Under the pieces are notes generated by a model that was not told the DNA's origin, did no database searches, and saw nothing but the letters and a program-made list of their open reading frames with translations. Below, piece after piece: positions 38,598-48,769 of a stretch of 64,000 nucleotides of DNA (its first letter is position 1; each line of letters starts with the position of its first letter). Origin of the DNA: an uncultured SAR116 cluster alpha proteobacterium (GTDB lineage: Bacteria; Pseudomonadota; Alphaproteobacteria; Puniceispirillales; GCA-002684695); contig CACBIM010000007.1 of the NCBI GenBank assembly GCA_902539295.1, positions 31,837-95,836 on the forward strand, read 5' to 3'. The position numbers and the translations under genes are program-made.

Positions 38598-39746
38598 TCA
38601 GTTTTTTATACCTTTTGCAATATTTTTATTAGGATCAATAAATGGTTTTTCAACTATTTTAACTTTTCTTTTATGGTCTTCGAATTTGGTATCAGCTTCA
38701 AATCCTATGTATGAATGTCTTATAGGGAAATAACCAAGGCCAATATTTTTTTTAAGTCTTGGTGAGAAAACTGATGAGGTAATATAGCCAATCTTCTCAG
38801 AGTTATAAGTTATGTCAATATGCTCATCAGATGGGTTTGCTAGTGGAGGTCCATCTATTTCAAATCCACAGAACTTGATAGATACCCCATCATTATTAAT
38901 ATTTTTGAGTGCTTCTTTTCCAATAAAATTCTGATTTAAGTCTACTAGTCTTTCAAGCCCTAGTTCGTAAGGGTTGTTTCTTATATCCATGTCAGCAACG
39001 TAAGAAAGCATAGCTCCTTCAATTCTTCTAATTGTGGAAGTATGACCAACATGCAGTCCCATAGGCCTTCCAATACTCATAATAATGTCCCAAAGTCTGT
39101 CTCCTAAATTATGATTTTTTAAAAAAATTTCATAGCCAAATTCACTACTCCAACCAGTCCTGGAAATCACTAATGGGATATTCTCAAAAATAAAATCCTT
39201 GTGATGGTAATATTTAATATCGTCAATCCAATTTCCAAAAATAGTTCTCATAATTTCATGTGATTTTGGACCTTGAAGTTGTAAAGGCGAAACATCAGGC
39301 TCATTAATTTGAACATCAAAATTAGAGTTTACTTTTACGCCCTTAGCCCATAGTAGGACATCACTATCTCCTATAGACAACCAGTATTCATTTTCGGATA
39401 TTTTCAATAAAACAGGGTCATTAATAACACCTCCTTCATTGCTTATAATAAGGACATACTTACATTGGCCTACTTTCATCTTAGATAAATCTCGGGGGGT
39501 TAAATATTGGATAAATTTTGATGCATCTGGACCTTTGATTTGAACTTGCCTTTCAACAGATACATCACATAAAATTGCATCATTTACTAAATTCCAATAA
39601 TTCTGAACAGGATCACCAAAGCTTCTAGGAATATACATATGATTATATACTGAAAATCCTTTACAACCCTCTCTTAGTGTTGCCCTGAAAAAAGGAGATT
39701 TTCTTATTTGTGTTCCAAATGTTTGTGTGCTCTTATTATTGTTCAT
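38598..39746 (-). CDS. GcvT-family aminomethyltransferase (folate-dependent demethylase; DmdA-like)
   Basis: VYNHMYIP, CDVSVERQVQIKGPDA, LTPRDL..VGQCKY and GGVINDPV: the GcvT fold pattern. It resembles what I recall of DMSP demethylases, but substrate is not assignable from sequence alone. Confidence 0.8.
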   Translation of the reverse strand: MNNNKSTQTFGTQIRKSPFFRATLREGCKGFSVYNHMYIPRSFGDPVQNYWNLVNDAILCDVSVERQVQIKGPDASKFIQYLTPRDLSKMKVGQCKYVLIISNEGGVINDPVLLKISENEYWLSIGDSDVLLWAKGVKVNSNFDVQINEPDVSPLQLQGPKSHEIMRTIFGNWIDDIKYYHHKDFIFENIPLVISRTGWSSEFGYEIFLKNHNLGDRLWDIIMSIGRPMGLHVGHTSTIRRIEGAMLSYVADMDIRNNPYELGLERLVDLNQNFIGKEALKNINNDGVSIKFCGFEIDGPPLANPSDEHIDITYNSEKIGYITSSVFSPRLKKNIGLGYFPIRHSYIGFEADTKFEDHKRKVKIVEKPFIDPNKNIAKGIKN

Positions 39747-39840
39747 AACTAATCTCTATAAACTCACTCATTCTTATATGAAAAAATTTTGAAAAATATT
39801 ATAATAATATAATATTTAATATTATAAAATTTAATTTCTT

Positions 39841-41925
39841 ATGGCAAAATTTATTTCAGTAGATGAACAACTCAAAAAAGCAAAAAATTTTTTAGCGAAA
39901 GGTAATATTATAGAGGCTAAAAATTGCTTTCAAAATATTTTAAATAAATACCCAAAAAATATCAGAGCTCTCGAAGGGTTAGAAAAAATTAGACAAAGTT
40001 CTTCACCTAGTGAAACAAATTTTAATCAATGTGTAAAAAAATTAATTGAATACTATAATACTGGTCAATATTCAGAATTAATTTTATTTGGGAAGAAAGT
40101 TTCTGTTCAATTTCCAGAAAAGGTTATCATCCAAAATATTATTGGAGCAGGTTATACTGCATTAAATCAATTTAGTGATGCTATATATCATTATAAAGCA
40201 GCATTAAAATTAGAACCACAAAATGCAGAAGTTTTGAATAATCTTGGATTAACATATAAAGAAATTGGAGATTTTGAAAAGGCGAATGAATGTTTTGAAA
40301 ATTCAATTTCTATAAAGCCTAATTTTGCAGAAGCATTTAATAATTTAGCTCTCTCTTTAAAAGAAGAAAGAAAATTTGAAAAAGCAATTATATCTCTTGA
40401 AAAAGCTATATCACTTAAAAATAATTATGCAGAAGCACACTACAATTTAGGGAACGTATATAATCTAAAAGGAGAACTAGAAAAGTCTATAAATATGTTC
40501 ACTAAAGCCCTTAATATTAAACCAGATTATTTTGATGCTTTTAATAATTTAGGAGCTGTTTATAACCTAAAAAAAGATTATGATAAAGCCTATCAATATA
40601 TTAAAAAAGCAATAGCTTTAAATCCTAATAATGCAGATGCATATAACAATTTAGGAACATCAGCACTTAACTTAAACAAGGAAGAGGAAGCGATAACACA
40701 CTTTAATAAAGCCTTAAGTATTGATCCTGCATCAATAAACGCATACTCAAATCTTTGTGGATTATTTGAGAAGTCAAACAAAATAGATGAATTTGAAAAT
40801 ATTTTAGAAAAGGCTAAAGAACTTAAGCTCGATCAATTTGACGAAATTAAGTTTCATGAAGCTCAATTATTTTCAAGAAAAAAAGATTTTGATAGATCTA
40901 TTTCATTATTAAAATCTATCGATGACAATAAAATTTCAGAAAAAACAAAAAAAGACAAATATGGATTATTAGGAAAAGATTTTGATAAGGTTCAAAATTA
41001 TAAAGAGGCATTTAAATGTTTTCAAAAAACTAATGAACTTGTAAAAGTGAGTGTAGAATACAATCAGTTTAACCCAAAAATATATCAGGAAGAGATTTCA
41101 GAGCTAATACAGTCATATTCTAAAACTAAAAAAATTTCTTGGGAGAGTTATAATCAAAAGCTAAGCTTTCAACCTGTTTTTTTGGTTGGTTTTCCACGTT
41201 CTGGTACTACACTTTTAGATACTATTTTAAGTTCGCATTCTAATATTACAACCTTAGAAGAAAAACCAATGGTTGCTATGGTTAAAATGCATTTAAATAA
41301 AATAGCTACAATTGAAAACTTATTAAACTTATCGGAAAGAGAAGTAATTAAATTGCAGGATGTATATCATCAGGAATTAATAAAGCATACAAATATAGAA
41401 AAAATTGAAAATAAAATACTTATAGATAAACTTCCTTTAAGTATAATAGATATTGGTCTTATTTTAAGAATTTTTCCTAATGCAAAGTTCATCTTATCTT
41501 TGAGACATCCACTTGATTGTATTTTAAGTTGTTTTATGCAAACATTTAATTTAAATAATGCAATGGTAAATTTTCTTGATCTAAAAAATACAGCTCAATT
41601 ATATAGTAATTCAATGAAATTATTTGATATTTACAGCAAAGTTTTTAAAATTAAATACCATATTGTTAAATATGAGAATTTGATTCATTCTTTTAAAAGT
41701 GAGGCTGTATCCCTATTAAAGTTTTTAGATTTGTCTTGGCAAGATAATATGACTAAATATAGGGAATTAGCTCTAAGAAAGAAGATTAATACACCTAGCT
41801 ACAACCAAGTTACAGAAAAAATATATACAAGAGCGTCAGGAAGATGGAAAAATTATGAAAAAGAACTTGAGTTTATCATTCCTGAAATAAAATTTTGGAT
41901 TGATAGATGGAAATACAAGTTTTAA
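39841..41925 (+). CDS. TPR-repeat protein with C-terminal sulfotransferase domain
   Basis: About 8 TPR units (A..YNLG..Y...G....A...F.KAL.I.P). A PAPS-binding 5'-PSB-like FLVGFPRSGTTLLDTILSSH sits at about residue 450. Confidence 0.85.
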   Translation: MAKFISVDEQLKKAKNFLAKGNIIEAKNCFQNILNKYPKNIRALEGLEKIRQSSSPSETNFNQCVKKLIEYYNTGQYSELILFGKKVSVQFPEKVIIQNIIGAGYTALNQFSDAIYHYKAALKLEPQNAEVLNNLGLTYKEIGDFEKANECFENSISIKPNFAEAFNNLALSLKEERKFEKAIISLEKAISLKNNYAEAHYNLGNVYNLKGELEKSINMFTKALNIKPDYFDAFNNLGAVYNLKKDYDKAYQYIKKAIALNPNNADAYNNLGTSALNLNKEEEAITHFNKALSIDPASINAYSNLCGLFEKSNKIDEFENILEKAKELKLDQFDEIKFHEAQLFSRKKDFDRSISLLKSIDDNKISEKTKKDKYGLLGKDFDKVQNYKEAFKCFQKTNELVKVSVEYNQFNPKIYQEEISELIQSYSKTKKISWESYNQKLSFQPVFLVGFPRSGTTLLDTILSSHSNITTLEEKPMVAMVKMHLNKIATIENLLNLSEREVIKLQDVYHQELIKHTNIEKIENKILIDKLPLSIIDIGLILRIFPNAKFILSLRHPLDCILSCFMQTFNLNNAMVNFLDLKNTAQLYSNSMKLFDIYSKVFKIKYHIVKYENLIHSFKSEAVSLLKFLDLSWQDNMTKYRELALRKKINTPSYNQVTEKIYTRASGRWKNYEKELEFIIPEIKFWIDRWKYKF

Positions 41926-41993
41926 CAACTTAGTTATTCTGTTAAATTATAAATTTGAGTATTGTCTCATTAAATATGAAGAGCTTATAAATT

Positions 41994-42179
41994 ATGAATA
42001 CTGAATTTGGTAAAAAAGATGATGAAACATTCGTATATGAGGAACGTGTCTCATGTGATGGTGGTCAATATGGGCACCCAAAAATCTTTTTATCTGTTAA
42101 TAAACATGAAATTACAGTATGTCCTTATTGCTCTCATAAATTTCTTTTGGCTGATAAAATAAATAATAAAAATGGGTAG
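41994..42179 (+). CDS. zinc-finger (zf-CHCC/NDUFS6-like) small protein
   Basis: VSCDGG..GHPKIFLS...ITVCPYCSHKF. Overlaps the polA start by 8 nt. Confidence 0.75.
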   Translation: MNTEFGKKDDETFVYEERVSCDGGQYGHPKIFLSVNKHEITVCPYCSHKFLLADKINNKNG

Positions 42180-44931
42180 TCAACGACTTATCCTTGTTGA
42201 TGGTTCAGGATACATTTTCAGGGCTTTTTATGCTCTTCCTCCTATGTCTCGAGAGGATGGTACTCCAGTTAATGCTGTTTTTGGATTTACCTCAATGCTT
42301 CTTAAACTATCAGAAGATATGGAAGGAGAAAATATACTTGTTGTCTTTGACGCTGCGAGAACAACCTTTAGAAATGAAATTTATAAAGAATATAAAGCAA
42401 ACAGATCTGAACCGCCTGAAGAATTAGTACCTCAATTTGATTTGATTAAAAAGGCAACTACAGCAATAGGATTAAAATCTCTTGAAGTTGAAAATTATGA
42501 GGCTGATGACATAATTGCAACTTATGTAAAAATAGCAAAAAAAGAAAATATAGAAACATTGGTCATTTCTTCTGATAAAGATTTGATGCAATTAATTCAA
42601 GATCATGTGTCACTATATGATCCAATGAAAAATATTAAAATTGGACCAGAGGCAGTATTTGAAAAATTTGGAGTTTCGCCTGATAAGGTAATAGATGTTC
42701 AAGCATTAGCTGGAGATTCTTCGGATAATGTTCCAGGTGTTCCTGGTATAGGTGTTAAGACTGCATCTCAATTAATTAATGAATACGGATCTCTCGAAAA
42801 ACTTCTAGATAATGCGAGTTCAATCAAGCAAGAGAAAAGAAGAGAAAGCCTTATTAATAATGCTGAACTTGCAATAGTATCAAAAAAATTAGTTTCACTG
42901 TTTTCAGATGTACCAATTCCGTATAAAATAAGTGATTTAAAATGGACGCCAAGGAACGATGATAATTTATTGGCTTTTTTGAAAGAAAACAATTTTAAGA
43001 GGCTTGAAAATAGATACTTTTATCCGGAACAAGCAGGTAATTCTCAGCCCGAAAGTAAAAATATAGAGCAAAATTATAATCTCATAACCAAATTATCTGA
43101 TTTACAAAATTTAATTGATGAAAGCATTAAATGTGGTGTTATAGCAGTTGACACGGAAACTGATTCTATTAATGCAGTGCAAGCTAATTTAGTTGGTGTT
43201 TCAATTTCTACCAAACCAGGAACTGCTTACTATATTCCTTTGAGGCATATAGAAAATTCAGTACCTTTATTGATCGATGAAAAGTTGGACCAAAAGGATA
43301 AAATTAAACAAATAAATTTTGATAGTGCAACCAACTTGTTAAAAAAAGTATTAGAAGACCCCTCAATAATTAAAGTAGGTCATAATATTAAGTATGATAT
43401 ATTGGTATTTTCTCAGAAGAGAAATGGAAGTATCAATTTGTATCCAGTACATGATACAATGTGTATGTCATATGTAAATGACGCTAATAGGTACAGTCAT
43501 AAACTTGATAGTTTGGCAAAGGATTTTTTTGATCATGAAACAATAAAATATGATGATGTTTGTGGGAAAGGGTCCAAACAGGTCACATTTGATAAAATTC
43601 ATCCAAATGATGCGCTAAATTACGCAGCCGAAGATGCAGACTTCTGCTTAAGAATATTTACGTCCTTAAAAGAAGAGCTTTTTATTTCAAAGTTAAATTC
43701 AGTATATGAAAGGATAGAGAGACCTCTGATAAATGTAATTGCTAATATGGAGAAAGAGGGCATTTTAATTGATAAAGGCAAATTAAACGCTTTATCAATT
43801 GAATTTCAGGATAAATTAACCCTAATTCAAAAGAAAATTTATGAATTATGTGGTGAGGAATTTAATATTGCCTCACCAAAGCAGTTAGGAGAAATTTTAT
43901 TTGAGAAATTAAATTTACCTCAAGATAAAAAATCAAAAACTGGAAATTATAGCACTTCTATTTCAGTTTTGGAGGAGCTTTCAACTAAAGGGTTTGAGAT
44001 TGCAGATTTAATTATTGAATGGAGAACCCTTTCAAAATTAAAGTCAACTTATACTGATGCTCTTCAAGAAAGTATTAATAAACAAACAAAAAGAGTACAT
44101 ACATCTTACTCAATGGCTTCGGCTTCTACAGGAAGGCTTGCTTCAACAAACCCAAATCTTCAGAACATCCCTATTAGAACTTCTGATGGAAGAAGAATTA
44201 GGGAAGCTTTTATTGCAAGAGACGGATATAAATTAATATCTGCTGATTATAGTCAAATTGAACTCAGGTTGATTGCGCATGCTGCAAATGAAACAGAAAT
44301 GATAAAAGCATTTAATGAAAATGTAGATATTCATTCTCAAACTGCTTCAAAGGTTTTTGGAATTCCTATTGAAGATCTTGATTCTGAAATTAGAAGAAGC
44401 GCTAAAGCTATTAATTTTGGAATAATTTACGGGATCTCAGCTTTTGGACTATCAAAACAACTTTCATGTTCTCAAAGTGAAGCTAAGAACTTCATAGAGT
44501 CATATTTTGATCAATTTCCAAAAATTAAAAGTTATATGGATGCAATGATAGAAAATGCTAAAATGAATGGCTATGTTGAGACATTTTTTGGAAGAAGAAT
44601 ACCAATAAAAGGCATTAATTCTAAAAACTTTCAGGAAAGATCATTTGCTGAGAGACAATCTATAAACGCTCCTATTCAAGGTAGTGCAGCAGATATTATT
44701 AAGCGAGCCATGATAAAAATACACAATGTTTTTCAAGGAAAAAACATTGAATCAAAAATGTTACTTCAGGTGCACGATGAATTAGTTTTTGAATGTCCAA
44801 AAGATGAGATAAAAGCTGTTTCACATTTGATTCAAAAAGAGATGGAACAGGCAAATTTACCTTTATTCCCATTAAATATACCAATAGTAGTTGATTTTGG
44901 TGAAGCAGATAATTGGTCTGAAGCCCATTAA
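42172..44931 (+). CDS. polA: DNA polymerase I
   Basis: 5'-nuclease N-terminus, 3'-5' exo motif IAVDTETDS, and pol motifs DYSQIELR, RRSAKAINFGIIYG and QVHDELVFE. 919 aa. Confidence 0.98.
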   Translation: MGSQRLILVDGSGYIFRAFYALPPMSREDGTPVNAVFGFTSMLLKLSEDMEGENILVVFDAARTTFRNEIYKEYKANRSEPPEELVPQFDLIKKATTAIGLKSLEVENYEADDIIATYVKIAKKENIETLVISSDKDLMQLIQDHVSLYDPMKNIKIGPEAVFEKFGVSPDKVIDVQALAGDSSDNVPGVPGIGVKTASQLINEYGSLEKLLDNASSIKQEKRRESLINNAELAIVSKKLVSLFSDVPIPYKISDLKWTPRNDDNLLAFLKENNFKRLENRYFYPEQAGNSQPESKNIEQNYNLITKLSDLQNLIDESIKCGVIAVDTETDSINAVQANLVGVSISTKPGTAYYIPLRHIENSVPLLIDEKLDQKDKIKQINFDSATNLLKKVLEDPSIIKVGHNIKYDILVFSQKRNGSINLYPVHDTMCMSYVNDANRYSHKLDSLAKDFFDHETIKYDDVCGKGSKQVTFDKIHPNDALNYAAEDADFCLRIFTSLKEELFISKLNSVYERIERPLINVIANMEKEGILIDKGKLNALSIEFQDKLTLIQKKIYELCGEEFNIASPKQLGEILFEKLNLPQDKKSKTGNYSTSISVLEELSTKGFEIADLIIEWRTLSKLKSTYTDALQESINKQTKRVHTSYSMASASTGRLASTNPNLQNIPIRTSDGRRIREAFIARDGYKLISADYSQIELRLIAHAANETEMIKAFNENVDIHSQTASKVFGIPIEDLDSEIRRSAKAINFGIIYGISAFGLSKQLSCSQSEAKNFIESYFDQFPKIKSYMDAMIENAKMNGYVETFFGRRIPIKGINSKNFQERSFAERQSINAPIQGSAADIIKRAMIKIHNVFQGKNIESKMLLQVHDELVFECPKDEIKAVSHLIQKEMEQANLPLFPLNIPIVVDFGEADNWSEAH

Positions 44932-45022
44932 ATTCTTAATTGACCAACTTCTTGCCACTTATTTGCCTCAAATTTGTTTAAGTCTTTAAAAAATAGTATT
45001 GTTTAAACTCTAGGAGGGTTAT

Positions 45023-45709
45023 ATGGCTAATAAAATCGCCTTAGTAGACGATGACCAAAATATTTTAACATCAGTCTCCTTAGCATTAGAAGCAGAAGGT
45101 TTTAGTGTCGATAAATATTTAGATGGTGAGCAAGGCTTAAATGGTATTAATAGACGGCCACCAGATTTATTAGTCTTAGATATCAAAATGCCAAGATTAG
45201 ATGGCATGGAAGTTCTTGAAAGATTGAGAAAAACATCAAATTTGCCCGTAATTTTCTTAACTAGTAAAGATGACGAAGTTGATGAGGCGCTTGGATTGCG
45301 AATTGGTGCTGATGATTATATTAAAAAGCCTTTTTCCCAAAGGTTACTAATTGAAAGAATTAAAGCCTTACTAAGAAGGGTCAATAACAGCAATGAAACT
45401 GATCCAGATGCAATTCTTGCTCGTGGAGATCTTACAATGGATACATCTAGGCACTCATCCAAATGGAAAGGTGATGATGTCAGGCTTACTGTAACTGAGT
45501 TTTTAATTTTGAAAGATCTTGCTCAAAGAACAGGCATTGTTAAAACCAGAGACCAATTAATGGATGCAGCTTACGGTGAAACAATATATGTTGATGATAG
45601 AACTATAGATTCTCATATAAAAAGATTAAGGAAAAAATTTCGCTTAATAGATAAAAAATTTGATCAAATTGAAACACTTTATGGTGTAGGATACAGGTAT
45701 CGTGAATAA
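45023..45709 (+). CDS. chvI: OmpR-family response regulator ChvI
   Basis: [69 protein letters not shown] closely tracks alphaproteobacterial ChvI/BvrR. Strong RBS (AGGAGGG). Confidence 0.92.
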   Translation: MANKIALVDDDQNILTSVSLALEAEGFSVDKYLDGEQGLNGINRRPPDLLVLDIKMPRLDGMEVLERLRKTSNLPVIFLTSKDDEVDEALGLRIGADDYIKKPFSQRLLIERIKALLRRVNNSNETDPDAILARGDLTMDTSRHSSKWKGDDVRLTVTEFLILKDLAQRTGIVKTRDQLMDAAYGETIYVDDRTIDSHIKRLRKKFRLIDKKFDQIETLYGVGYRYRE

Positions 45710-47281
45710 TAAAAAAAATTTAAAAAAAAAAGATTTTTTTCAAGGCTTTCTACAACTCTTTATTTAATAATATTACTTCCTGTATTTATTACTTTTATTG
45801 GAATTCTCTTTCTCGATCAATATACCAAAACCTTAGTATTACATGAATTATCTGGTTTAAAAAGACAAGCTGAGACGTTAGCTGTTATGATTAATAGACT
45901 AGAGGGAGACTCTGAAAAAGTAATTAGACGATCACTTTCAAAAGAAACTAAGGAATTACTCTTGCCCCTTGCAGGAAGAGATAACCAGGTAAGAATACGA
46001 TTATTTCAGCCAAATGGATTATTATATGCAGATACAAAGTCACTTTCGCAATTATCACCTAAAGTTGAAGTCTTAAGACTTCCTAAGTTAACTGATAATA
46101 AACAATTTGAAAAAATTAATGATTTTATCAAAAGTTTTTTCTCAATTTTTCAACTTAAAACAAATTATCCACTTTATGAAGATTATTTGAATACAACTGC
46201 CAAAAATTATAATGAAGTGTTAGAAGCTTTAAAAGGCTTTAATGCTCATGAAATCAGACAGGATAAAAATGGCAAACTTGTACTAAGTGTTGCAGCTCCT
46301 ATTGGAAATGAGAGAAGAGTAAGGGGGGCTATAATGCTTTCTATGGATGGTATAATCATTCAGAATAATATTGCTGATTTACAATATTCTTTTCTGAATA
46401 TTTTTGGATTTGTGATTTTTTTGACTATTTTCTTAAGTTTTATTTTTTCAAACAGAATTACTTTGCCAATTAGCAGGTTGGCTGCGGCAGCTGATAATGT
46501 AAGGAATAAAAAAGGAATGGAGATTAAAAGCTTAATTAAAAGAAAGGATGAGATTGGAGAACTGGCATTATCCTTAGATGAAATGACAAAAGATCTATTT
46601 GATAGAATGGATGCAATTGCTTCTTTTGCTGCAGATGTTTCTCATGAAATTAAAAACCCTCTGACATCTTTGAGAAGTGCTGTGGAAACTTTATCAATAA
46701 TTAAAGATGAAAGAAAAAAAACAAAACTAATGAAGATTATTCTAGAGGACATAAATAGGCTAGATAGGCTTATCACTGATATATCTGATGCAAGTAGACT
46801 GGACGCTGACTTATCTAGAGATGAGATGAAATTAATAAACCTTTCAAAATTAATTAATGGTTTCATTAATATTAAAGAAGAAACAAATAAAGAAATTACT
46901 TTTATTAACAATGTTGAAGATGGTTTAGTAATTTTTGGAAACCAGTCACGGCTTTTGCAAGTGTTAGATAATCTGATAGGTAATTCGATCTCATTTTCGC
47001 CTAAAAAGGGGAAAATTACAATTGAAGGTTATTCAAGCAATGGAAAAGTAAAAATTTCAATTGCAGATCAGGGAAAAGGGATTTCTGAGAAAAAGAAAGA
47101 AACTATATTCGAAAGGTTTTATTCTGACAGACCATCAGATGAAAAATTTGGCAAGCATTCAGGTCTTGGTTTATCAATCGTGAAGCAAATATTAGAAAAG
47201 CACAATGCAAAAATTGTAGCTGATAATATATATAATGAAAATCAAGGTATCGCAGGCGCTAAATTCACAATTGAGTTTTGA
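45702..47281 (+). CDS. chvG: sensor histidine kinase ChvG; N-terminus requires a one-A (-1) shift at the A10 tract 45722-45731
   Basis: HAMP, H-box ([16 protein letters not shown]), N, G1 (DQGKGI) and G2 (GLGLSIV) boxes lie in the ATG-ORF 45887..47281. The same frame is open from 45713 and encodes TM1 but has no start. A GTG at 45702 lies in another frame. Confidence 0.8.
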
Positions 47282-47368
47282 TACGTGATTAATTTGATTG
47301 TTGCACTTGCCGAAATACATTTTAGCTGATATTTAGCTTTTAAGTTTCATTTTTTAAGGAAAATAATT

Positions 47369-48769
47369 ATGTCATCTAAAGTAGATTATGTAGTAGCTGA
47401 TATTTCATTAGCTGATTGGGGTAGAAAAGAATTAGACATAGCAGAGACTGAAATGCCTGGGCTAATGTCATTAAGAGAAGAATATTCTAAATCAAAAGAT
47501 TTAAAGGGAGCGAGAATAGCAGGATGTCTTCATATGACTATTCAAACTGCAGTTTTAATCGAAACTCTGAAAGAATTAGGTGCTGATATCAGATGGGCTA
47601 GTTGTAATATATTCTCAACCCAGGATCATGCTGCAGCTGTAATTGCTAAGGCTGGTATTCCTGTGTTTGCAAAAAAAGGTGAAACTGTACAAGAATATTG
47701 GGAATATGTAGATAAGATCTTTGACTGGAGTGATGGTGGATATCCAAATATGATCTTGGATGATGGTGGTGATGCAACTTCTTACATTATTTTTGGTGCT
47801 AAAATGGAAGCTGGAGATGAGGTTCTTAAAAATCCAGAGAATGAAGAAGAAGAAGCAATGAAAGCCCAAATTTTAAAGAGAATGGCTTCCAATCCAGGTT
47901 GGTTTACTGAGGTTAAAAATAGCCTTAAAGGAGTTTCTGAAGAAACTACAACAGGGGTTTTAAGATTACATCAAATGTCAGAGAAAGGTGACCTTCCATT
48001 TCCAGCGATAAACGTTAATGATAGTGTAACAAAATCTAAATTTGATAATGTTTATGGATGTAGAGAAAGCCTTGTAGATAGTATAAAAAGAGCTACCGAC
48101 GTTATGTTAGCTGGTAAAGTTGCAGTGGTTTGTGGTTTTGGAGATGTTGGTAAAGGTTCTGCAGCTTCCCTTAGACAAGGCGGTGCAAGAGTAATGGTTA
48201 CTGAAATAGATCCAATTTGTGCACTACAAGCTTCCATGGAAGGTTATGAAGTGGTTACAATGGAACAGGCTGCATCAAAAGCAGATATTTTTGTAACAGC
48301 AACAGGTAATAAAGACGTAATTACTGTTGATCATATGAGAGATATGAAAGATAGAGCGGTGGTTTGCAATATTGGTCACTTTGATTCTGAAATTCAAATA
48401 AGTGGTTTAAATAATATGGTTTGGGACGAAATCAAACCACAGGTTGATGAAGTAAAGTTTCCAGATGGAAAAAAAATTATTATGCTTGCTAAAGGAAGAT
48501 TAGTTAACCTCGGGTGTGGCACAGGCCATCCAAGCTTTGTTATGTCGGCTTCTTTTACAAATCAGGTTCTGGCTCAAATGGAAATTTTTAATAATACTTC
48601 AGCTTATGAAAACAAAGTTTATACTTTGCCAAGAAAATTAGATGAGAAAGTTGCTGAGCTTCATTTGGCTAAAGTTGGAGCAACGCTTACAAAACTTAGT
48701 GATGAGCAAGCTAGCTATATTGGAATTTCCTCTGACAGTGCCTTTAAATCTGATGAATATAGATATTAA
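47369..48769 (+). CDS. ahcY: adenosylhomocysteinase
   Basis: 466 aa with [16 protein letters not shown].., NAD-binding GFGDVGKG and the conserved C-terminal tail ending ..YRY. Confidence 0.97.
   Translation: MSSKVDYVVADISLADWGRKELDIAETEMPGLMSLREEYSKSKDLKGARIAGCLHMTIQTAVLIETLKELGADIRWASCNIFSTQDHAAAVIAKAGIPVFAKKGETVQEYWEYVDKIFDWSDGGYPNMILDDGGDATSYIIFGAKMEAGDEVLKNPENEEEEAMKAQILKRMASNPGWFTEVKNSLKGVSEETTTGVLRLHQMSEKGDLPFPAINVNDSVTKSKFDNVYGCRESLVDSIKRATDVMLAGKVAVVCGFGDVGKGSAASLRQGGARVMVTEIDPICALQASMEGYEVVTMEQAASKADIFVTATGNKDVITVDHMRDMKDRAVVCNIGHFDSEIQISGLNNMVWDEIKPQVDEVKFPDGKKIIMLAKGRLVNLGCGTGHPSFVMSASFTNQVLAQMEIFNNTSAYENKVYTLPRKLDEKVAELHLAKVGATLTKLSDEQASYIGISSDSAFKSDEYRY

Noticed and set aside
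45707-45712. Readthrough of the chvI stop producing a ChvI-ChvG fusion, since chvI and the chvG body share a reading frame.
   Set aside because: Two consecutive TAA codons are a strong termination signal. A response-regulator/kinase fusion through a Lys-rich linker into a TM helix is topologically implausible. The GTG at 45702 plus a one-A shift is simpler.
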